A stretch of 64,000 bases of DNA from Kiritimatiellia bacterium (lineage in GTDB: Bacteria > Verrucomicrobiota > Kiritimatiellia > CAIVKH01): assembly GCA_039807095.1 (NCBI GenBank), contig JBDHQM010000007.1:9388-73387 (forward strand). The letters are read 5' to 3'. The notes below the pieces were generated by a model that was not told the origin of the DNA, did no database searches, and worked only from the letters and a program-made list of their open reading frames with translations. Below are positions 46,279 through 56,621 of the stretch, in pieces (the stretch's first letter is position 1; the number at the start of each line of letters is the position of its first letter). Position numbers and translations under genes: made by a program.

Positions 46279-47598
46279 ATGAACATTCGTATTGATTCGT
46301 CCGGGCCGTGCCGTCGCGAGGTCCATGTTGAGGTGCCATCTGAACGCGTTCAGGCCGCATTTGCCGAAATTACCGCGCAGTATGCGAATGCCGCCCGCAT
46401 TCCCGGATTTCGCCCGGGCCGTGCTCCGCGCGATATGGTTCGCCGCCGCTATCAAAAAGAGATTGTGGACGATGTGAAAGAGCGCCTGGTTCCTGAGGGT
46501 TTTCAGGCGGCGGTCAAGCAGGAGAAGCTCTCTACGGTGGCCGTACTTGACGTGCGCGAGGAGAAGCTCGAAGAGGGATCGCCCTTCTCGTTTTCGGTGG
46601 TAGTAGATATTGCCCCCGATTTTGAGCTCCCTTCGTACAAAAATATTCCGCTGACGCGCGAGTTGCGCCCGGTGACCGAAGCTGACATTGACGCGGCCGT
46701 AATGGAAGTGCGCGAGGAGCAGGCGACGTATGCCGAGGTCAGCGATAATCCGGTGAAACTGGGTGATGTGATTCAGATTGATTATGACGGCAGCGTAGAG
46801 GGACGTCCGCTTGTGGAGTTTGACCCCGAGGCCAAGGATATGCAGAAGGGCGTGGACTTCTGGATGCGCGCGAATCCGAAGTTTGAATTCCTGCCGGGTT
46901 TTGCCGATGCCATCATCGGAGCAAAGATCGGAGAGACTCGCCAGGTTGCGTCAACGCTGCCTGAAAAATTTTATATCGCCGGACTGGCGGGCAAGACGAT
47001 TGATTATACCGTGACGGTGAAGGCGATTCGCACGAAGGTGCTCCCTGAGATTGACGCCGAATTTTTGAAAGGCGTTGGAGTGGACTCCATCGAAAAGCTT
47101 CGCGAGCGGATTCGTGCGGAGATGAGTGAGATGCGCGAGATAGGCGAAAATCAACGGCTCGAGGATGCGGGTTTGCGCCATCTTCTGGACAACGCCGCGT
47201 TCGACGCGCCGCAGTCCCTTCTGGAGGAAGAGACTCGCCGCGAGGTGTACAGCATGGTTCAGCGCACGCAGAGTCGCGGCGTTGAGGCAGAGGAGATCGA
47301 GAGTAAAAAGGAAGAGCTGTTTGAAAGCGCAACCCGGGCCGCCACCGAAGCCGTGAGACTCCGCTTCATTGCGCAGCGAATTGCTACAGAGGAAAAGATC
47401 GCGGTGACTGAGCAGGACGTGAACAATCGCATTCGCGCGATGGCAGCGGCGTATCAGATGTCCTACGACAAACTTCGCAATGATCTAGTGAAGAACGATG
47501 CGCTCAAGCGGATTCGCGATGAAGTGCTGGTTAGAAAAGTAGCGATCTTTATTCGCAAGAATGCCACCATCACGGAAAAGGAAGTTGCGGCATCATGA
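46279..47598 (+). CDS. tig: Trigger factor.
   Basis: '[28 protein letters not shown]...[12 protein letters not shown]' (the GFRxGxxP motif). Confidence 0.9.
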   Translation: MNIRIDSSGPCRREVHVEVPSERVQAAFAEITAQYANAARIPGFRPGRAPRDMVRRRYQKEIVDDVKERLVPEGFQAAVKQEKLSTVAVLDVREEKLEEGSPFSFSVVVDIAPDFELPSYKNIPLTRELRPVTEADIDAAVMEVREEQATYAEVSDNPVKLGDVIQIDYDGSVEGRPLVEFDPEAKDMQKGVDFWMRANPKFEFLPGFADAIIGAKIGETRQVASTLPEKFYIAGLAGKTIDYTVTVKAIRTKVLPEIDAEFLKGVGVDSIEKLRERIRAEMSEMREIGENQRLEDAGLRHLLDNAAFDAPQSLLEEETRREVYSMVQRTQSRGVEAEEIESKKEELFESATRAATEAVRLRFIAQRIATEEKIAVTEQDVNNRIRAMAAAYQMSYDKLRNDLVKNDALKRIRDEVLVRKVAIFIRKNATITEKEVAAS

Positions 47599-48212
47599 GT
47601 GAAGTTTCACAAGTTCTGATTCCGATGGTGATTGAGCAGACGGGCCGCGGGGAGCGGGCGTTTGACATCTACTCGCGCCTTCTCAAAGAGCGCATCATTT
47701 TCCTGGGTACGGGAATCAATGACGATGTCTCCAACTTGATCATCGCACAAATGCTCTTTCTGCAGGGCGAGGATGCAGAAAAGGATATCAGTCTGTACAT
47801 CAACTCGCCGGGCGGATCGGTCACAGCCGGTCTGGCGATTTATGACACGATTCAATACCTGAAATGCGACGTAGCGACGTATTGTGTGGGGCAGGCGGCC
47901 AGCATGGGTGCCGTGCTGCTTGCCGCCGGTGCGGCGGGCAAGCGTCATGCGTTGCCCAATGCGCGGATCATGATTCATCAACCGTGGGGCGGGGCGCAGG
48001 GACAGGCGAGCGATATCAGCATTCAAGCAAAAGAAATTCTTCGTCTGCGCGACCGGTTGAATGAGCTTCTTGCGCATCACACGGGGAAGACGGTAGATGC
48101 GATTGCCCGCGATACAGACCGCGACTTTTTCATGTCCGCGGAGGAAGCGCGCGGGTACGGTCTTGTTGACAATGTCACAGGGACGCGGAAAACCGCGGCC
48201 AAAGGAAAGTAG
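47595..48212 (+). CDS. clpP: ATP-dependent Clp protease proteolytic subunit.
   Basis: '[33 protein letters not shown]...[21 protein letters not shown]...[11 protein letters not shown]'. Confidence 0.95.
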   Translation: MSEVSQVLIPMVIEQTGRGERAFDIYSRLLKERIIFLGTGINDDVSNLIIAQMLFLQGEDAEKDISLYINSPGGSVTAGLAIYDTIQYLKCDVATYCVGQAASMGAVLLAAGAAGKRHALPNARIMIHQPWGGAQGQASDISIQAKEILRLRDRLNELLAHHTGKTVDAIARDTDRDFFMSAEEARGYGLVDNVTGTRKTAAKGK

Positions 48213-48214
48213 CC

Positions 48215-49471
48215 ATGCCTCCACGCCAGGAAATACCGAAATGCTCGTTTTGCGGGAAACCGCGGACCGAGGTGGAGCGATTGATCGCGGGGCCGGGCGT
48301 GAATATTTGCGACCAGTGCGTGGATTTCTGCCACTCGCTCGTCAATAGTGATGCAGAGCCGGATCCCCGAAGTGCAACAAAGGTAGCAGTACCCAAGCCG
48401 CATGAGATCAAGGCGGCGCTGGATGCCCATGTGGTGGGTCAGGATGTTGCGAAGAAGGTGTTGTCCGTTGCGGTTCACAATCACTACAAACGCATTTCCG
48501 CGCGGACGGGTCGCGGTGCAACTGTGGATTCACTTGCCGATGTCGAGATAGAGAAGAGCAATATTTTGCTTATCGGCCCGACCGGAAGCGGCAAGACCCT
48601 CCTCGCCAAGACGCTCGCAAAAGTGCTGGACGTTCCCTTCAGTATGTCGGATGCGACGACACTGACAGAGGCGGGCTATGTGGGCGAGGATGTCGAAAAT
48701 ATTCTGCTGCGCCTGGTGCAGGCTGCGAATTACGACATGGCGCGCGCGGAGACTGGGATCATCTACATTGATGAAATTGACAAAATTGCCAAGAAGGGCG
48801 CAAACGTATCCATCACGCGCGACGTCTCGGGCGAAGGTGTTCAGCAGGCCCTTCTGAAGGTGCTCGAGGGGACGATCGCCAACATCCCGCCGCAGGGCGG
48901 GCGCAAACATCCGCAACAGGAATATCTCAAGCTAAATACGCAGAACATTCTGTTTATCTGCGGCGGCGCCTTCATCGGAATGGAACATATTTTGAAGCGT
49001 CGCGCAGGGCGCAGCGCGCTGGGATTCGGGACAACCGCAGGGGGTGCAACCGATGCGGCGCAGCTACAGACGCGTGTGGAGCCTGAGGATTTGGTGGAAT
49101 TCGGTTTGATTCCGGAATTTATCGGCCGACTTCCGGTCGTTGCGACGCTCAATGCGCTGACCGAGGATGATTTGGTTCGCATTCTTACAGAGCCGAAGAG
49201 CGCGATGACGAAGCAGTATGCGAAACTGCTCAAAATGGAAGGCGTCGAGTTGAGCTTCACCGACACAGCCTTAAAAGAGTTGGCTCGCATTGCACTTTTG
49301 AAGGGAACGGGAGCGCGCGGGCTCCGGTCTATTCTTGAGCACATCATGCTGGATGTGATGTATGAAGCCCCGCTCAAGGGGGATTTGAAAGAATTTCGCG
49401 TCACCAAGTCCGTAGTGGCCGCTCATCGCCATGCCTTGGGAATTCCAGACGATCACCTTAAGATCGCGTAG
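48215..49471 (+). CDS. clpX: ATP-dependent Clp protease ATP-binding subunit ClpX.
   Basis: Zinc-binding N-terminus '[30 protein letters not shown]'; Walker A '[15 protein letters not shown]'. Confidence 0.95.
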   Translation: MPPRQEIPKCSFCGKPRTEVERLIAGPGVNICDQCVDFCHSLVNSDAEPDPRSATKVAVPKPHEIKAALDAHVVGQDVAKKVLSVAVHNHYKRISARTGRGATVDSLADVEIEKSNILLIGPTGSGKTLLAKTLAKVLDVPFSMSDATTLTEAGYVGEDVENILLRLVQAANYDMARAETGIIYIDEIDKIAKKGANVSITRDVSGEGVQQALLKVLEGTIANIPPQGGRKHPQQEYLKLNTQNILFICGGAFIGMEHILKRRAGRSALGFGTTAGGATDAAQLQTRVEPEDLVEFGLIPEFIGRLPVVATLNALTEDDLVRILTEPKSAMTKQYAKLLKMEGVELSFTDTALKELARIALLKGTGARGLRSILEHIMLDVMYEAPLKGDLKEFRVTKSVVAAHRHALGIPDDHLKIA

Positions 49472-51014
49472 GAGCGGGCGCATCTTCCGCTGCGTTGCTG
49501 CGGCATGCTGTGTGCTGGCGTGCGTGGCAACCGGATATGCGCGCCATGTCGAGTTCACTGTACTCCACACGACCGACTTGCACGGGCATGTGGCGCCCAC
49601 TACTGACTACGACGGCCGCACGGACGTAGGCGGGGTGCTGCGCGTTGCTACGCTGATTGAGCAGCTTCGCGGGCAGCAACGCAATACGTTGCTGCTCGAT
49701 TGCGGTGATTTATATCAAGGAAGCGCAGAGAGCTATCTGACCGATGGCCGGATTATGATTCGCTCTCTGAACTGGCTGCGCTATGACGCGTGGATTTTGG
49801 GGAATCACGAGTTCGACTGGGGCCTCGACAAGATGAAGCGTCTGGTCGGTGCATCAAGCGTGCCCGTATTGGCCGCCAATATCGTGTCGCGGCCGGGGAA
49901 GCCCGCTCCCTTCCCGGAGGTGTTGCCGTATTTGATTCGCGAGGTGGACGGCATCAAAATTGCCGTGGTGGGGCTGATCACACCGGGAGTTCCGACATGG
50001 TCCACACCGGATTTGCTCGGCGATGCGATTTTCGAGCGTTCGGTGGATGCGTTGAAGCGCGTGATGCCTGCGGTGCGCGCGGAATCACCGGATGTGTTGT
50101 TGCTGGCGACGCATCAGGGCTGCAAACGACGTGGCGATGATCATGCGAACGAGGTCAATGCGATCGCGCGCGAATTTCCTGAATTCGACGTGATTATCGG
50201 CGGGCACACGCATCAGCCGATCCCAGAAATCTGGCTGCAGGACCGCGTGCTCTATACGCAAGCGGGTTACTTCGGCGCGTGGTTGGGTCAATTGGATTTG
50301 GTTTATGACACAGTTGCACGGCGTGTGATCCGCAAGTCGGCCAAGCTGCACACTGTGGATGACACCGTTCCCCGGCATTCTGTGCTGGAGGCCGAGTTGG
50401 CATCGGACTTGAAGCGTGCTGAGTCGTATCTGGCGCAGCGGGTTGGCAGCGCCCGGACCCGGATTGCGTGGAAGGGTGATGAGTATGGAACCTCGCCGGT
50501 GCAATCACTAATTGCGCGCGCGCTTGCTGTGGCGAGTGGCGCTGATTTGGTTTTGCATGGAGTTTTAGACGAGCAGGATTTGGAGCCCGGCGATTTGAAA
50601 ATGAGCGATATCTGGCGGGTGGTTCCGTATGAAAATCGCGTTGCGCTGCTGCATGTGACGCCGTCTGAGTTGCTGGAAATTCTGGAAGAAAATGGCGAGG
50701 TGCGTTCTCCGTTGTCCTTTATGGGATTATTCGGCGCCCGCTATCAATGGAAGCAAACGGACAAGGGCGGGCGGAAGCCGGTGAATCTGGTGCTTTCGAA
50801 TGGCAAGCCGCCGCATCCCCGGCAGCGATTGAAGGTGGCGGTGAATTCCTACGCGGTGGCATCGGGCGGCGGTCGCTACAAGAAATTGCGTGAGATTGCG
50901 GAGCGCCCGGAAACGCGGACAAAGATACTCGATCTGGATACGCGAACTGCAGTGCTGAATTATGTGAAGAAGCATTCACCTTTGGATGCTGCGAAGTTGC
51001 TGGAGAATCCGTGA
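49431..51014 (+). CDS. Secreted bifunctional metallophosphatase/5'-nucleotidase. The start is uncertain because it overlaps clpX by 41 nt.
   Basis: '[12 protein letters not shown]', '[12 protein letters not shown]' and 'GNHEFDWG' are calcineurin-like motifs. A 5'-nucleotidase-type C-domain follows. Confidence 0.7.
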   Translation: MPWEFQTITLRSRRSGRIFRCVAAACCVLACVATGYARHVEFTVLHTTDLHGHVAPTTDYDGRTDVGGVLRVATLIEQLRGQQRNTLLLDCGDLYQGSAESYLTDGRIMIRSLNWLRYDAWILGNHEFDWGLDKMKRLVGASSVPVLAANIVSRPGKPAPFPEVLPYLIREVDGIKIAVVGLITPGVPTWSTPDLLGDAIFERSVDALKRVMPAVRAESPDVLLLATHQGCKRRGDDHANEVNAIAREFPEFDVIIGGHTHQPIPEIWLQDRVLYTQAGYFGAWLGQLDLVYDTVARRVIRKSAKLHTVDDTVPRHSVLEAELASDLKRAESYLAQRVGSARTRIAWKGDEYGTSPVQSLIARALAVASGADLVLHGVLDEQDLEPGDLKMSDIWRVVPYENRVALLHVTPSELLEILEENGEVRSPLSFMGLFGARYQWKQTDKGGRKPVNLVLSNGKPPHPRQRLKVAVNSYAVASGGGRYKKLREIAERPETRTKILDLDTRTAVLNYVKKHSPLDAAKLLENP

Positions 51015-51037
51015 CCGGAGGCACTGAAAATCGCGCG

Positions 51038-52264
51038 ATGGAAGTTCTCCTGCTGATTCACGCAGCGCTGTTGCCTATTTCCATTGCGGCAGGTCAGATT
51101 TGGGCCTATCTCTTTGCGCTCGTTGCGCTGATTGCGTGGGTGCGGGGTGGGCTGCCTTCTGTGAGGCGCGCGCCGTTGGCTGGAGTTCTGGCCGTATTTG
51201 CCCTCACCGTGTTCCTTAGTGCAATCGTCGGTGTCCGTCCGGCGCTGGCGCTTGCGAAGTCGGATCGGCTGTTGCTTTTGGCGGTTGCGCTTTTCTTTCC
51301 TCTGCTTTTCGTCACGCGTGAGACTGGCTCGGCAGAGTCGCTGTTGCGCAAATTGATTGCGCTGTTTCTCATCGGCTGCGCGCTGAAGGCGGGATATGAC
51401 TGTGTGCGTATTCCGGTGACGCATTTTCTGGACGTGAGTCGCTATCGCGCTGCGGTGTCGGCGGGGACTTGGGCGGCGGGCGATTTGCCCCCGACGTTGT
51501 TTGATGCAGGAAATATGCGCGATCCGCAGTTTTATGCTGTGGCGCTATCGCTGGCGGGAGCGCTCTGGCTTTTGCGCGCACCGGGGTTCCGTCCGGCGTT
51601 TCTTGTGGGCGCGATAGCGGTGACCGGGTTGGCGTTGCTTCTGCACTTCAAGCGAGGTGCGTGGTTTTCTGCGGCTATTGCATTGCTGGTTTTAGCGCTC
51701 TTGAGCAACCGTCGCCGCATGGTGCTGGTGCTATTGGTGGCGGCATTGGCTGCGTCCTTTTTGCCTTCCGTTCGCGCGCGGGTGGGGCAGATTCGCGATG
51801 AATTCTCGTTGAAGAGCGGCGGGCGCTATACGCTCTGGACTCGCGTGGCTCCTGCACTGTTCAAAGAGTATCCGCTGGGTATGGGATGGCGCTCTGTTCA
51901 GCACGAGGACATGACCTATCACCGGGTGTCCGTTCAGAAAAAGCTGAACCATCTGCACAACAATGTGATGCAGGTGCGGCTCGAGCTGGGGTGGCCGGGT
52001 ATGGCTGCGTGGTTGGCGTGGATGGGGGCGGGCTTTGTTCTATTGTTCCGCGCATGGCGAGAGGCTGCTGCGCGCCGCCCGGAGTATGCAGGCCCTGCGC
52101 TGGGTCTTCTGATCGCATTTCTCACGCTGCATCTCAACGGACTGGTGGAGTATAATTTTGGCGATGGCGAGATTTTTATGCTGATGAATCTCGTTCTAGC
52201 GCTGGGCGTGGCGGGTTGGGTTATGCTTCGCCGTCCGGCGGAAGCAGTGAGCCCGCTTGCTTGA
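51038..52264 (+). CDS. O-antigen ligase family (Wzy_C/WaaL-like) polytopic membrane protein.
   Basis: About 10-12 TM helices. The periplasmic loop 'YHRVSVQKKLNHLHNNVMQVRLELGWPGMAAW' resembles the Wzy_C signature. Confidence 0.6.
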   Translation: MEVLLLIHAALLPISIAAGQIWAYLFALVALIAWVRGGLPSVRRAPLAGVLAVFALTVFLSAIVGVRPALALAKSDRLLLLAVALFFPLLFVTRETGSAESLLRKLIALFLIGCALKAGYDCVRIPVTHFLDVSRYRAAVSAGTWAAGDLPPTLFDAGNMRDPQFYAVALSLAGALWLLRAPGFRPAFLVGAIAVTGLALLLHFKRGAWFSAAIALLVLALLSNRRRMVLVLLVAALAASFLPSVRARVGQIRDEFSLKSGGRYTLWTRVAPALFKEYPLGMGWRSVQHEDMTYHRVSVQKKLNHLHNNVMQVRLELGWPGMAAWLAWMGAGFVLLFRAWREAAARRPEYAGPALGLLIAFLTLHLNGLVEYNFGDGEIFMLMNLVLALGVAGWVMLRRPAEAVSPLA

Positions 52265-53600
52265 TCGCTTCTTTTACCCACGCGAACAGTAGATCGCGGT
52301 TTGCGAATTGTCCTTCAAGTTGCGCATCAAATGCGCGTTTCCTCCAGTATCCCACTGCGGGCCCGCTCGGGATGCCCAACTGCATAATGTCGTCTCCTGT
52401 GATCCATGGATCGGGGAGGCGCGGTTCGTTTTGCAGACGTTCCAATTCGCGTTTTGCGCTTTCGTAGGTAGCCAGCTGGCCGTTGCTGGCCAGACAGTCC
52501 GCGCGATGCAATGCCAGGTCGAGCGCGATGAGCGGGTGTGCAACGATCTTTCGGCGGGTGCTGGCTTTCATATCGGGCCAGTCGAGAAAGCGCATGTGAT
52601 GATGAACGGCATGCACGACGCTTTCGCGCAGATCGTTTGACGCGCGGAGACGTCGCAAAATTGCATCGGCCATTTCTGCGCCGACGGCTGCATGTTTGTC
52701 GAAGCGAATTCGCGTGCCGGTTTCCTCCTGTACTTCACGATAGGTCGGCGGCTTGCCGACATCGTGTAGCAGGGTTGCCCATGCGAGGGCGGCGTCGGGC
52801 TGCTCCAATTGATCGAGGGCGAGCGCTGTGTGAACGAACACGTCGCCTTCGGGGTGATATTCCGGCGGTTGAGCCACGCCGCGCATTGCTTCGACTTCCG
52901 GCAGTACCTGTTTGAGAAGTCCACTGGCCTGCAGGATGCGGAGTCCCTGACCCGGCGGGCGCGATTCTGTCCAGAGTCGCGTGAGTTCCTGCAGGATGCG
53001 CTCTGCGCTGATCTGGTGGATGTGCGCGGCGGAATTACGGATTGCGGTCAAGGTGCCGGGTTCGATTTCAAACTGCAGAGACGCCGCGAAGCGCACTGCG
53101 CGCAGCATACGCAGATGATCTTCTTCAAAGCGGCTGACCGGGTTTCCGATCGCGCGTATTACCCGGTGCTGGATATCGGCACAGCCTTCCACGTAATCGA
53201 GAATCTTTTCCTGAATAGGATCGAAGAATATGCCGTTGATCGTGAAGTCGCGTCGCTGCGCGTCCTGTTCGGCGGGGACAAACTCAACGCGTTCGGGGCG
53301 CCGGCCATCCCGGGATCCTACATCGCGACGGAATGTGGCAACCTCGAAATGCTCTCCGCCTTGTGGAACGAGTGTTACGCCGAACGCTTTGCCGATGAAG
53401 CGAGCGCGGGGGAATAGTTGTGCGACTTCTTCTGGTGTGGCCTCGGTTGCAATGTCAATGTCTTGCGCTGGCCGGCCGAGTAGTGCGTCGCGAACGCAAC
53501 CGCCTGCGAAAACAGTTTTGAAGCCGGCCTCTTGCAGTGTGCGGGCGATTTGAGTTGCCCGCGGGTCGAAATCAGTTGCCGAGATTGAGGCGAGCGGCAA
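52221..53600 (-). CDS. cca: CCA tRNA nucleotidyltransferase (PolyA_pol head plus HD domain).
   Basis: 'VFAGGCVRDALLGRPAQDIDIATEATPEEV' and the HD motif 'LLHDVGKPPT'. Its 3' end overlaps the convergent O-antigen-ligase gene by 44 nt. Confidence 0.8.
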   Translation of the reverse strand: MPLASISATDFDPRATQIARTLQEAGFKTVFAGGCVRDALLGRPAQDIDIATEATPEEVAQLFPRARFIGKAFGVTLVPQGGEHFEVATFRRDVGSRDGRRPERVEFVPAEQDAQRRDFTINGIFFDPIQEKILDYVEGCADIQHRVIRAIGNPVSRFEEDHLRMLRAVRFAASLQFEIEPGTLTAIRNSAAHIHQISAERILQELTRLWTESRPPGQGLRILQASGLLKQVLPEVEAMRGVAQPPEYHPEGDVFVHTALALDQLEQPDAALAWATLLHDVGKPPTYREVQEETGTRIRFDKHAAVGAEMADAILRRLRASNDLRESVVHAVHHHMRFLDWPDMKASTRRKIVAHPLIALDLALHRADCLASNGQLATYESAKRELERLQNEPRLPDPWITGDDIMQLGIPSGPAVGYWRKRAFDAQLEGQFANRDLLFAWVKEAIKQAGSLLPPDGEA

Positions 53601-54533
53601 TCAAGTGCCCTCAGGGTTAGAGTAGAAGGATCCGCCTGCTGTCCGTCCGGCGGGTTGAGTGCTGGATTTGGTTCCGCGCGCGATGGTGCCGGGCCGGGTG
53701 CCTGCTCGTGTGCCTGCGCGAGTACCTGTGGATGTACGCCCCGCATCATGGCCTCGCAAGTGGGCGATCTGTTGAATGCAATAGGAGACGAATTCGTTTC
53801 GGTTTTCCGGAGAGATGAAGAGTGGTTTTGCCGTATCTAGCAATTCGATGCGCACGAGGGTGCGGGCGGAAGATGCGTAGAAGCGGCCGGTGGATGTGTA
53901 GGGCATGTGCTGGATTGGGGCGATGCCTTGAAACATTTCGAAGGGAAGGGGTAGCAGATAGAACCAGCCTTCCAGCAGAACTCCTTCAGAACATGCGCGG
54001 ATAATATGGGGAGGATAGGCCAGCGGTTTGAATTGCGAGATCAAGCGGAAATAGGTGCTGTCATACGGAGACCGGCAGGTGATGTCCCACGTGATGTGGC
54101 GGAAGCGCAGAAGATGTCGCGCCATGCGTATTCGCGCCATGACGAACACGAGCACCATTACACAGGCCGCGACGAGAATATATTGCAGTACTGATCCGGT
54201 CAGAATTGTTGGCTGTCCGGAATCTACAAATGTCGTGTGGATCCGATAGTATGCCACGAGCGCGAATGCGACGGGTGAAAAGAGGTGGAGCACAGGAGTA
54301 GAAATCATCTCCAGCGTGGCGCCAGCCACTGCGAAGTGCATGATAAAGAGAACTACGATCCCGATTGCCCAAAGGACGTGCTGCTGTTCCTTCAGCGTCC
54401 ACGTTACATCGCTGCTGTTGGTTTCAGTGAAGTAGTAGTAGGGGATGATCAGCGCGGCCAATACGAACAGCAGGGAAAGAATATCCATTTCCCACGGCCA
54501 ACGAGACGGAATCCAAGTTTTATTCTTGCTCAT
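53601..54533 (-). CDS. Polytopic membrane protein, hypothetical, with a C-terminal 'GTRAGTRAGTRPGT' tandem tetrapeptide tail. It sits directly upstream of cca on the minus strand.
   Basis: About 7 hydrophobic helices. No recognised motif. Confidence 0.4.
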   Translation of the reverse strand: MSKNKTWIPSRWPWEMDILSLLFVLAALIIPYYYFTETNSSDVTWTLKEQQHVLWAIGIVVLFIMHFAVAGATLEMISTPVLHLFSPVAFALVAYYRIHTTFVDSGQPTILTGSVLQYILVAACVMVLVFVMARIRMARHLLRFRHITWDITCRSPYDSTYFRLISQFKPLAYPPHIIRACSEGVLLEGWFYLLPLPFEMFQGIAPIQHMPYTSTGRFYASSARTLVRIELLDTAKPLFISPENRNEFVSYCIQQIAHLRGHDAGRTSTGTRAGTRAGTRPGTIARGTKSSTQPAGRTAGGSFYSNPEGT

Positions 54534-54585
54534 AGCTATACGTTCACGACAACATCAGTATCAGTGGAAGTAAATCTAGTGCAAT

Positions 54586-55149
54586 ATGTACGTGAATAAC
54601 AAGCATCTTCGTGTATTCAGACCTCTTGCTCTCTTGGCGGGCCTGTTGCTTCTGACTTGGGCACCTTTTTTTGCGGGCTGCCGGGCGCGCCCGCTGGATA
54701 CGAAGACAGCGGAAGAGACCAAGCCTGTGCGAGCTGCGATTCCGGCGCCGCGTTTCATTTCCATTCGGGATGGAGAATTTGCGCTCGATTCCTTCAAGGG
54801 GCAGCCCTTGATCGTATCAGTTCAGGGAGTCGGCACGCCCTACCTTTCGGAAAACCTTCGTGAACTTGACGATCTGGGCAAAGAACTGGCTTCGAGCGGC
54901 GTGGCGGTTGTGGGTTTGCTGACAGCTTTTTCGGAAGAGGAAGACCCGGGTGCGTTTGCCCAAACCGTTCAGGTCTCCTATCCGCTGGTGGCTGCTGTTC
55001 CTGAATATGTGCGCGAGGTAGCGCAAGTGCGCGCGCTGCCGACGGTACTGCTGGTTGATGAGCGCGGCGTTGTGCGTAAGCAGTATGCGGGTGATTTGTC
55101 GTTGAGCGAGCTGAAGGCGGATGTGCAAGCGCTGGCGAGTCCGCACTAG
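54586..55149 (+). CDS. Thioredoxin-fold (TlpA/redoxin-like) lipoprotein that lacks the CxxC active site.
   Basis: Lipobox 'FFAGC'. The region 'FKGQPLIVSVQGVGTPYLSEN...LPTVLLVDERGVV' has redoxin-like topology, but 'VGTPY' replaces the expected 'WCxPC'. Confidence 0.4.
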   Translation: MYVNNKHLRVFRPLALLAGLLLLTWAPFFAGCRARPLDTKTAEETKPVRAAIPAPRFISIRDGEFALDSFKGQPLIVSVQGVGTPYLSENLRELDDLGKELASSGVAVVGLLTAFSEEEDPGAFAQTVQVSYPLVAAVPEYVREVAQVRALPTVLLVDERGVVRKQYAGDLSLSELKADVQALASPH

Positions 55150-55251
55150 TGGATGGGCGGTGCTCTGCGCTGAATCGCACCCGGCTGCGATGCGGCAAAC
55201 ATTGAGAAGTGATCGAATCAAACACGTTTAACCTCTAACCCCTGAAAACGC

Positions 55252-56004
55252 ATGGCTGGACATAGTAAATGGGCAAACATCAAGCATAAGAAGGCTGCGG
55301 CTGATGCCGTCAAAGGCCGGGTATTCAGCAAAATCGCCAAGGAAATTATGGTGGCGGCGCGCATTGGTGGCGGCGATATGAGCGCGAACATCACGTTGCG
55401 CGCATTGGTGCAAAAGGCGCGCGGTGTGAATATGCCTGCGGACAATATCGAGCGGGCGATCAAGCGCGGCACGGGCGATCTCGAAGGCGTGGTGTTGGAA
55501 GAGATTATTTATGAGGGGTATGCGCCGGGCGGCGTTTCCGTCATTGTCCAGACGTTGTCGGACAACAAGAATCGAACTGCTGCTGAAGTGCGGCACGTAT
55601 TTTCCAAGCACGGCGGCAATCTGGCCGGATCGGGCAGCGTCATGCGATCGTTTAGACGCCGCGGCTATTTTGCTATTCCGGCGGAGGTGGTGGAAGAGGA
55701 TCGCCTGCTCGAGATTGCGCTCGAAGCGGGGGCAGAGGATGTCCGGCGCGATGGCGACAATTTCGAGGTGATTTGCGAGCCTTCTCAGTTCGGTGCCGTG
55801 AGCGATGCGCTCGCCGCCGCCGCTCTAACGGCGCAGACCTCGGAATTGACGATGCTGCCGGATTCCACGATGGCCGTAACTGAAGTGGATAAAGCGAAGC
55901 AGCTGATCGGATTTATTGAGGCTCTCGAAGACTTGGACGATGTGCAGAATGTGTACGCAAATTTTGACATCCCGGACGAGGTGATGGCGAAGGTTCAGGC
56001 GTGA
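55252..56004 (+). CDS. yebC: YebC/PmpR family DNA-binding regulator.
   Basis: 'MAGHSKWANIKHKKAAADAVKGRVFSKIAKEI'. Confidence 0.9.
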   Translation: MAGHSKWANIKHKKAAADAVKGRVFSKIAKEIMVAARIGGGDMSANITLRALVQKARGVNMPADNIERAIKRGTGDLEGVVLEEIIYEGYAPGGVSVIVQTLSDNKNRTAAEVRHVFSKHGGNLAGSGSVMRSFRRRGYFAIPAEVVEEDRLLEIALEAGAEDVRRDGDNFEVICEPSQFGAVSDALAAAALTAQTSELTMLPDSTMAVTEVDKAKQLIGFIEALEDLDDVQNVYANFDIPDEVMAKVQA

Positions 56005-56026
56005 TCGCTCCGGTGCTGGATGGATC

Positions 56027-56524
56027 GTGCGTATCATTGGCATAGACACTTCGCTGCGCTCCACCGGGGTGGGGATCATTGAGGTGTCCGGCTCCAGCCT
56101 CCGTCTTGTGGAGGCAATCACGCTGGCAATCCCTGCGACGCGACCACTATCGGAGTGCCTTCGCCGCATTGATAGCGGACTGGCAGAGCTGATTGAAAAG
56201 TACAAACCGGAGGCGGCCGCGGTGGAGGGCATCTTCTACTGCAAGAATGTTAAAACGGCTGTAATTTTAGGGCAGGCGCGGGGGGTTGCGATCGCTGCCT
56301 GTTCGCGCGCTGGACTGCCGGTTTTTGAGTATCCGCCGCGCCGCGTGAAACAGGCGCTTGTGGGACACGGCGAAGCCACGAAAGAGCAGGTGGCGCTCAT
56401 GGTTATCCGTTTGCTGGGATTGTCAGAAACGCCACAGGAAGACTCTGCCGACGCACTCTCCATAGCCATTTGCCACGCGCACTCGCGGTCTGTCGTCGAG
56501 GCCCTGGCGCCCAAACCCCTTTGA
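56027..56524 (+). CDS. ruvC: Crossover junction endodeoxyribonuclease RuvC.
   Basis: 'MRIIGIDTSLRSTGVGIIEV'. Confidence 0.9.
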   Translation: MRIIGIDTSLRSTGVGIIEVSGSSLRLVEAITLAIPATRPLSECLRRIDSGLAELIEKYKPEAAAVEGIFYCKNVKTAVILGQARGVAIAACSRAGLPVFEYPPRRVKQALVGHGEATKEQVALMVIRLLGLSETPQEDSADALSIAICHAHSRSVVEALAPKPL

Positions 56525-56621
56525 TTCCTGGCGATTGAGTGTTTTTGTCGCCCGTGTGCGATGCTCGCTATCCAAAACCGCCGGAAAAAGATATATTTCT
56601 CCTTTTGACGACAGGCGGCGG

